A DNA stretch of 13,318 nucleotides from Planctomycetota bacterium (GTDB lineage: Bacteria; Planctomycetota; SZUA-567; H5-PLA8). Where the stretch lies: assembly GCA_045863855.1 (NCBI GenBank), contig BTVV01000152.1, positions 1-13,318 on the forward strand. The letters are read 5' to 3'. Below, piece by piece: positions 7,793 through 13,318 of this stretch (position 1 is the first letter of the stretch; every line of letters begins with the position of its first letter). The position numbers and the translations under genes are program-made. The notes below the pieces were generated by a model. That model was not told the origin of the DNA. It saw only the letters and a list, made by a program, of their open reading frames with translations, and did no database searches.

Positions 7793-8803
7793 TCACGGAG
7801 CGCTCGATCCCTTTGGAGCCATCAATCCGCGCGAACGCGCCCACTCGGCGCTGGCGCGAAGCTGCTCAAGTTCGAAGGCGACCAAGTCCGCCGATCCGGC
7901 GCCCAGCTCCCACGGAGTGCGCCATTCCTCATGCTCGGCAAGTAAACCTTTGCGCGCGGCGGCCAATCCCGCGGCCAGTGCTTCGGCCGGGCGCGGCGAA
8001 TAACCGCTCCACCAGGACGGATTCAGCACCCGTACATGCCGGGCCTCCAATGCGCCGGGTTCCAGAGCCGCAGGCAATTCGGCGTGGTGAACTTTGAGTT
8101 CCTTAAGCAATGCCTCGAAGGGTATCGCTCCATGCCCAGTCGCGCAACGCAGCAGTCGGTAGCCTTCAGCGGTCCATTGGACCTTGTAGTCTTTTAAATG
8201 TACATGTCTCACGCGTGGAGCGACGGCGCGGACAAAGGCGATGGGATCTTCGCCGACAGCCAGCGCGTTTCCGGTGTCGAGGCAGATTCCGACATGCGGG
8301 CCGTACGGCGCGCAGAGTCCCAGCAGCTCGACGCTCGTGAAATCCTGGTGATTCTCAATGGCTAAGGCGATGCCTGCATCCGCGGCGCGTGGCGCACTTC
8401 CGGCCAGTGCCAGCACGACGCCTTCGAAAACTTCGCGCCAAGGCGGTTTGTGGAAGGCCCGCCCGCCAGCCAGAACAGAAGTCGCCGAAACGCGGAGGAT
8501 GCGCGCGCCCAGCCGTGCCGCCAGTTTCAAACTGGCCTGAATATCGTTCAAGCGTGCCGTCTGGCTGGCCACGGGTTGCGCATCCATTTGAGCGAGGCGC
8601 TCCAGGAGGCTGTTCCAGCCGGTATCGTCGAGGTTCTCGAGCAGCGGCATCGGGATTTCTACGACGCGCGCGCCGAGTTCGGCGGCCAAGTCGAGATACC
8701 TTGAGAGACCCCAAGGATCGGGGTTGGCGCGCGGCGTACCTCCGCCCGGCCAGCCTAAGACGGTGTACGAGACCCCGTACGGATTGATGCCCACGCGGAG
8801 CAT
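7793..8803 (-). CDS. Sugar phosphate isomerase/epimerase family (xylose isomerase-like TIM barrel)
   Basis: [43 protein letters not shown] metal-binding pattern, plus a C-terminal extension. Confidence 0.9.
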   Translation of the reverse strand: MLRVGINPYGVSYTVLGWPGGGTPRANPDPWGLSRYLDLAAELGARVVEIPMPLLENLDDTGWNSLLERLAQMDAQPVASQTARLNDIQASLKLAARLGARILRVSATSVLAGGRAFHKPPWREVFEGVVLALAGSAPRAADAGIALAIENHQDFTSVELLGLCAPYGPHVGICLDTGNALAVGEDPIAFVRAVAPRVRHVHLKDYKVQWTAEGYRLLRCATGHGAIPFEALLKELKVHHAELPAALEPGALEARHVRVLNPSWWSGYSPRPAEALAAGLAAARKGLLAEHEEWRTPWELGAGSADLVAFELEQLRASAEWARSRGLMAPKGSSAP

Positions 8804-8814
8804 AAGGGATGATC

Positions 8815-10074
8815 TCAGCGGGCTTCGCGCAACGCTTTGAGCGCCGCTTCGGCCCGATCTCGGTAGGGCGTTTCCAGGCAGCGTTCGAAATCCTGCGCGG
8901 CCAGATGCGCGCTGCCCTGAGCGGCGCGCACTTCGCCGCGCAAATAATAGGCGGCGTGGTACTCGGGAAATAAATTCACGGCCGCTTCCAGCGCGGACAG
9001 TGCGGAATCGGCTTGCCCTAACTTATGCGCGGAAAGTGCTTTCATGTAATACAGCCGTGCGTATTGCTCGTCCTTTTGGAGCGCGCGGTCCAGGAGCGCC
9101 AGCGCGGCGCCGTGGTCTCCGGCTTTTTGTTTGGCCATGGCTTCACGGTACGCCGTGTCGTCGACGGTTTCGGACAATTGGTTGACAAAGGCCAGATAGC
9201 CCGTTTCGAGGGGCGCCCATTCGTCTTCCAGGATAACCTTCTGCGTCTGCGCCACGTTCTCCGCTTCGCTGGCTTGGGGGCCTAATGCGCGGTATAGCCG
9301 AGGCAGCACCTTGGCGTCACGCATCTGTGAATCTTCCAGCAAATAGCGCACGAAGCCCCACGCATGAAGGTAGTGTGTACGCGCGTCTTCGATCCAGGCC
9401 GGTCCGCGAAAGCCCAGCAGTTCCTTCAATTTCGTGTTCGGATTCGGTCCGCCTCCCAGCACATGCTTGCGGAAGTCGCGCAGATGTTCGCGCGCCGGTC
9501 CTAGCTTGAGCTTGATTCCGTCGGTCATATCGGCGTCTTCTACGCATTCTCCGAGTCCCGCGTCCAGCCAAGGCGGAGGTTCGGGGATCCACGAGCGCAG
9601 AAGCGCACTGGCCGCGACGTGGCGCAAGCGCGACTGCATCGGGACAGGTGGCAATGTGTAAGCCGCCAACACGCGCCGTTCGGGAAAGCTGCTGGGTACG
9701 TACGTGTAACTGCCCATCCAAGGCGCTTTGCGCGCGGTCAGAAATTTTGCGCAGTCGGAGCGCTTATCGAATAGCGCCACGTACAGCCGTTCGGGCACCG
9801 GCGCGTCGTTAGGAAGCTGGAGCAAACCAAATAGTTGAGGAATCGACTTGGAAAGTCCGGGTAGCGCACTGAGCACCACCGACTCCGGCGCATCGGAAAC
9901 GATCGAGACAAAGGGAGCTTCGTGAATCTTGAACGTCCCGCCGACGAGTTGCTGGAGTTCGGCTTGGAGCGTCTCCGCCGGCTTCCCGTCCGCGCCCCAA
10001 GCCGAGTACGCGGTGGCTCCGCATAGGATCCAGCCAACCAGCGAGAACTTGAAGCGTAAGATGTGCCCGACCAT
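8815..10074 (-). CDS. Exported DUF1570-like (zincin-fold) domain plus C-terminal TPR protein; zinc motif degenerate
   Basis: Signal peptide-like N-terminus (…ATAYSAWG|ADG). RLYVALFD, LRHVAASALL, PPWLDAGLGE, YLHAWGFVRYLL parallel the DUF1570/peptidase MA layout (HExxH, PxWxxEGxAE, YxxSWxxVxYL). About 3 TPR-like repeats follow (AALALLDRALQ…, ALSALEAAVNLFPEY…, AAQDFERCL). Confidence 0.75.
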   Translation of the reverse strand: MVGHILRFKFSLVGWILCGATAYSAWGADGKPAETLQAELQQLVGGTFKIHEAPFVSIVSDAPESVVLSALPGLSKSIPQLFGLLQLPNDAPVPERLYVALFDKRSDCAKFLTARKAPWMGSYTYVPSSFPERRVLAAYTLPPVPMQSRLRHVAASALLRSWIPEPPPWLDAGLGECVEDADMTDGIKLKLGPAREHLRDFRKHVLGGGPNPNTKLKELLGFRGPAWIEDARTHYLHAWGFVRYLLEDSQMRDAKVLPRLYRALGPQASEAENVAQTQKVILEDEWAPLETGYLAFVNQLSETVDDTAYREAMAKQKAGDHGAALALLDRALQKDEQYARLYYMKALSAHKLGQADSALSALEAAVNLFPEYHAAYYLRGEVRAAQGSAHLAAQDFERCLETPYRDRAEAALKALREAR

Positions 10075-10080
10075 GGCAGC

Positions 10081-10108
10081 ATCGTAAGCGCTCGCGCCCA
10101 CTTGCCAA
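10081..10108 (-). promoter_or_regulatory. Candidate sigma70-type promoter for the - strand operon (possibly leaderless)
   Basis: Minus strand TTGGCA (10108-10103) - 16 nt - TACGAT (10086-10081) - 6 nt - ATG 10074; no SD before this ATG. Confidence 0.35.
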
Positions 10109-10123
10109 GCGTCAACGGCGAGG

Positions 10124-10151
10124 TTGCGGGAATGTGGTCAACGGTTACGCT
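10124..10151 (+). promoter_or_regulatory. Candidate sigma70-type promoter for the Gfo/Idh/MocA gene
   Basis: TTGCGG (10124-10129) - 16 nt - TACGCT (10146-10151), upstream of SD GGGGAGG (10180-10186). Confidence 0.3.
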
Positions 10152-10197
10152 GCAGCACTTCGTTCACACACTCAAAAAAGGGGAGGCGCCACGCATC

Positions 10198-11475
10198 ATG
10201 GGGGAGCGGAAGAAATACGTGTTGGCCGGCACGGGGAGCCGGGGATTGGGGATGTTTGCCGGACCCATGCTTAAGGACTTTACCAAATACTGCGAGCTGG
10301 CAGCCATTTTCGATGCCAATCCGGACCGCATCAAAGCCGCTAACGGATTGCTGGGTACCAACTTAAAGGGTTATACCGACTTCGACTCGATGCTCGAAGA
10401 GGTCGACCCCGATGCGGTCATCGTGACTACTCGTGACGACACGCACGCCCAGTTCATCGAAAAAGGCTTAAGGGCCGGTAAGCGGGTCATCAGCGAGAAG
10501 CCGTTGTGCGTAAACGCCGATCAGGCGCGCCGAATCCTGGCCACCGCCAAACAGGTGCGGAAGAATCCCAAAGCGCGATGCTTCGTTACGCACAACATGC
10601 GTTACGGCATGGCTGTAAACGAGATGAAGAAGGTGCTTGCCTCAGGAGCCATTGGTGACCTTAAGCACGTGCAGTTTCAAGAAAACCTCGACCGCAGGCA
10701 CGGAGCGGACTACTTCCGGCGTTGGCATCGGCTGAAGCGCAATAGCGGCGGCTTGCTGATCCATAAGGCCTCCCACCATTTCGATGTGCTGAATTACCTT
10801 GTGGACGATCTGCCGGACGAATTGGTTGCGCAAGGTGGGCTCACGCTTTACGGGAAGAACGGACCTTTCCGCGCCAAGCGCTGCCTGGAATGCAAGCACA
10901 CTTCAAAGTGCGAATTTTTCGTCGATATGTTCCAGAACGAGCGCGTCCGCAAGTTGTACCGGGAGGCCGAGAAAGCCGACGGATATTTGCGTGATGGGTG
11001 CGTATTCGACAAAGAAATCGATATCGAGGACCAAGTGGGCGTCCTGTACACGTACCGGAAGGGTGTCAAAGTTGTCTATAACTTGGTTGCCTTTGCCAGT
11101 TACGAGGGTTGGGTGATCCAGTTGGAAGGAACCGACGGGCGGCTGGAACTGCACGAAGTACACGATACCAGTTGGCTTTCTGCGAATCCCACTAACCAAG
11201 GTGCTTCTCCGAACTTGGGAAAGCGATTGCATCTTTACCATAAGTCCAGGGGTTATAAGGAAATAGCGATTCCAGAGGGCAAGGGTGGCCACGGCGGCTC
11301 CGATCCTCAACTGCGGCATGATTTCTTCGGCCGGCCGTTCGATTCCAAGCCCACCGACCGTATGGCTCCGGTGGAAGAAGCGGTTCAGGCTGTTTTGATC
11401 GGCCATGCCGCAAACGTATCTCTTGCTCGAAGTAGTAAAGTGGTGCACGTACAGGACTTCTTGAAGCGAGGTTAA
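10198..11475 (+). CDS. Gfo/Idh/MocA family oxidoreductase (YteT-like, Cys-containing insert)
   Basis: LAGTGSRG, D.N, DAVIVTTRDDTH, SEKP, HNMRY, HGADYFRRWHR...SGGLLIHKASHHFD, GGHGGSD. SD GGGGAGG supports ATG 10198. Confidence 0.93.
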   Translation: MGERKKYVLAGTGSRGLGMFAGPMLKDFTKYCELAAIFDANPDRIKAANGLLGTNLKGYTDFDSMLEEVDPDAVIVTTRDDTHAQFIEKGLRAGKRVISEKPLCVNADQARRILATAKQVRKNPKARCFVTHNMRYGMAVNEMKKVLASGAIGDLKHVQFQENLDRRHGADYFRRWHRLKRNSGGLLIHKASHHFDVLNYLVDDLPDELVAQGGLTLYGKNGPFRAKRCLECKHTSKCEFFVDMFQNERVRKLYREAEKADGYLRDGCVFDKEIDIEDQVGVLYTYRKGVKVVYNLVAFASYEGWVIQLEGTDGRLELHEVHDTSWLSANPTNQGASPNLGKRLHLYHKSRGYKEIAIPEGKGGHGGSDPQLRHDFFGRPFDSKPTDRMAPVEEAVQAVLIGHAANVSLARSSKVVHVQDFLKRG

Positions 11476-11481
11476 CCTGCG

Positions 11482-11512
11482 GGGAGGGGGCACGTTCTTC
11501 TTGCCCCCTCCC
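11482..11512. terminator. Perfect 11-bp stem-loop just after the oxidoreductase stop (terminator-like or REP-like)
   Basis: GGGAGGGGGCA (11482-11492) / TGCCCCCTCCC (11502-11512) with a 9-nt loop. No clear U-tract follows. Confidence 0.5.
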
Positions 11513-11624
11513 TGGATTCATCTAAAATGCGCCGAGTGGCGGAGTTGTTCGTACGTCACGGGCTATACTGAGCTTTACGGATGTTTTTGGAAGTTGGGCA
11601 CGGGGCGATAAGGGGAGTCGCTAG

Positions 11625-13318
11625 ATGGCGGCACCTTCACAGTCCGATTCGGACGCGCCTCCGGCGGTGGATGCCGGTGCGTCGCCGGCAGCCCCCATGC
11701 AGTCGATGGGGCCGTACCGAATTAACGGCGAATTGGGCCGGGGCGGCATGGGGGTCGTGTACAAGGCGGTACACGACACGCTGGAACGCCCGGCTGCGCT
11801 CAAGCTTCTGCCTACCGAATTCGCGTCCAACCCCGAATACGTCTCGCGCTTTTTGCGTGAGGCGCGAGTGGCCGCGACGTTACGCCACGACCACATCGTC
11901 CAGGTTTACGACGCCGGGATGGTCCAGGGCCGCTACTACATGGCCATGGAATTGGTCGACGGTACCTCCTTGGGTAAGTACATCGATAAGAGCGGGCCGG
12001 TGGCCGAGGCGGAAGGTTTGCGCATGTTGCTCCAGGCCGCTGAGGGGTTGGCCGCGGCGCACGAGAAAGACTTGGTTCACCGGGACATCAAGCCCGACAA
12101 CCTGCTGCTCGACGAAAAGATGAACGTCCGGATCGTGGATTTTGGACTGGTGATGGAATCTGCCAGCACCACGCACCTTACGGTCACCGGGGCGACGATG
12201 GGCACGCCGCTGTACATGAGTCCCGAGCAGGTAGATGGCGAGAAGGCCGATGGGCGCAGCGACATATACAGCTTGGGCGTGACGTTCTACCGCGCTTTCA
12301 CGGGGCATTTGCCCTTCGAAGGCGGTTCGATGATGAACTTGCTGTACAAGCACAAGTTCGAAGCCCCTGAAGACCCCAAGAAATACAAGCCAGAGCTTTC
12401 GAAGAACCTCTGCAATCTATTGCTGACCATGATGGCCAAGCGCCGCGAGGATCGGCCGCAGAGCGCAAAAGATCTCGCCGATCTGGTGCGGAAGGTCCAG
12501 CAGGGCAAAAAGATTCCGCCGCCGCCCGCGGTGCCGTTGCCGCAAGAGAGCATGAACTCCAGCGGAGTTGCCAAAGGCTCCATAACTATCACCGTGCCGT
12601 CGGCCTTGGCTGGAAAAGGAAAGTGGTTGGCGTTGGGAGGACTGGCGGCACTCTTGACGTTCGGTGTCCTCGGCTGGTTGATTTGGGGCCGAAAGGGCGG
12701 GGGGGAGGCCGGTACGGCGTCGGCGGGCGCTTCGGAAGCAAGCGGTACGACGGAGCAGCCAGCCCCACCCAATCCGGCGGCGAATTCCACGGAAACGCCA
12801 GGTGCTCCTTCGCCGCCCGTTGACCCCGTGCCCGCCGATCCGCAACCCGCCCCCAGCCCGTTTGCCACGGCGTTGGCAGAGGCCGAACGCTTCCAAGGGC
12901 AAGGCGATCTGCTTGGCGCGGCGCAGTCCTATCGTTTGGCCGCGGCGCAAGCGCCGCTCCCGGCGGAACGCGAGCCCCTTTACGCCAAAGCCGCCGATCT
13001 GGAATATCGGCATTGGTCCGCGAGGGGCAAGTCCGCCGAAGCACAGGGAAAGCTTCTGGAGGCGGTGAGCTACTTCGACCAGGCGCTGACGGCCAAGCCG
13101 GATTCGGACCTGCGCAAGCATCGCGACGCATTGGCCATGCAGGCCGTCAGGCCGGATCCGATCTCTTCGTATCTGGTGGCCGGGCAAAAGGCGTTGCGCG
13201 CGAAAGATTACGTGGCGGCCAAAGCCAACTTCGAGCAAGTGGTGGGTCAGCAGCCGGGCAACGCCGAGGCGAAAAAGGGCCTCCAGATTGCGGACGCATG
13301 GCTCGCGCTCGTATCGGG
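11625..13318 (+). CDS. Hanks-type Ser/Thr protein kinase with TM helix, Pro-rich linker and TPR-like repeats (3' truncated by window)
   Basis: Translated by hand (missing from the ORF track because it has no stop). SD AGGGGAG at 11611-11617. LGRGGMGVVYKA, AALKLL, RFLREA, HRDIKPDN (H at 12078), DFGL, GTPLYMSPEQ, DGRSDIYSLG. TM WLALGGLAALLTFGVLGWLIW (12624-12686). Then a P/A/S-rich linker and helical repeats (EAVSYFDQALTAKP, AKANFEQVVGQQPGNAEAKKGL). Confidence 0.95.
   Translation, partial: MAAPSQSDSDAPPAVDAGASPAAPMQSMGPYRINGELGRGGMGVVYKAVHDTLERPAALKLLPTEFASNPEYVSRFLREARVAATLRHDHIVQVYDAGMVQGRYYMAMELVDGTSLGKYIDKSGPVAEAEGLRMLLQAAEGLAAAHEKDLVHRDIKPDNLLLDEKMNVRIVDFGLVMESASTTHLTVTGATMGTPLYMSPEQVDGEKADGRSDIYSLGVTFYRAFTGHLPFEGGSMMNLLYKHKFEAPEDPKKYKPELSKNLCNLLLTMMAKRREDRPQSAKDLADLVRKVQQGKKIPPPPAVPLPQESMNSSGVAKGSITITVPSALAGKGKWLALGGLAALLTFGVLGWLIWGRKGGGEAGTASAGASEASGTTEQPAPPNPAANSTETPGAPSPPVDPVPADPQPAPSPFATALAEAERFQGQGDLLGAAQSYRLAAAQAPLPAEREPLYAKAADLEYRHWSARGKSAEAQGKLLEAVSYFDQALTAKPDSDLRKHRDALAMQAVRPDPISSYLVAGQKALRAKDYVAAKANFEQVVGQQPGNAEAKKGLQIADAWLALVS

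Noticed and set aside
6251..8003. Long + strand ORFs 6251-7180 (309 aa) and 6993-8003 (336 aa)
   Set aside because: Antisense shadows of well-supported MDR and SDR genes; no recognisable motifs; expected in high-GC coding DNA.
10063..10197. 45-aa N-terminal extension of the Gfo/Idh/MocA ORF
   Set aside because: It would overlap the divergent gene; the SD and Rossmann motif position favour ATG 10198.
11501..11569. Kinase promoter candidates (TTGCCC-16-TAAAAT at 11501-11528; TATACT at 11564-11569)
   Set aside because: The first -35 lies within the hairpin arm and the second -10 lacks a properly spaced -35; too ambiguous to call.
11581..13238. ORF-track calls 11581-12123 (+), 12287-12868 (-), 12417-13238 (-) and others
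   Set aside because: Alternative-frame or antisense to the kinase frame starting at 11625, which carries all Hanks motifs.
1..13318. CRISPR array, tRNA/rRNA, IS or prophage, anti-phage defence system
   Set aside because: No spaced direct repeats, RNA gene signatures, transposase/integrase or nuclease/NTPase effector motifs were seen; intergenic spaces are very short.

Overview
GC-rich bacterial window, probably from a planctomycete or related PVC lineage (inferred from the DUF1570-like, pilin/DUF2950-like, HEAT-like and Hanks-kinase proteins). It holds 13 credible CDSs; I see no RNA genes, CRISPR arrays or mobile elements. (1) A + strand block (123-3689) encodes an Anabaena sensory rhodopsin transducer (ASRT)-like domain fused to an unexplained ~110-aa N-terminal domain, a shrunken and apparently inactive alkaline-phosphatase-superfamily protein, an aldo/keto reductase and an exported protein with a HEAT-like helical region. 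(2) A tight - strand operon (10074->3696) encodes a DUF1570-like/TPR protein with a degenerate zinc motif, then TIM-barrel isomerase, SDR, Zn-MDR dehydrogenase, SDR, TIM-barrel isomerase, and a type IV pilin-like/DUF2950-like protein. (3) A divergent Gfo/Idh/MocA oxidoreductase is followed by a membrane Ser/Thr kinase with TPR-like repeats that runs off the window and is absent from the ORF track. The best candidates for novelty are the ASRT fusion, up to three apparent pseudo-enzyme domains, and an uncharacterised sugar oxidoreductase/isomerase pathway. All family calls are motif recognition by eye; no searches were run.
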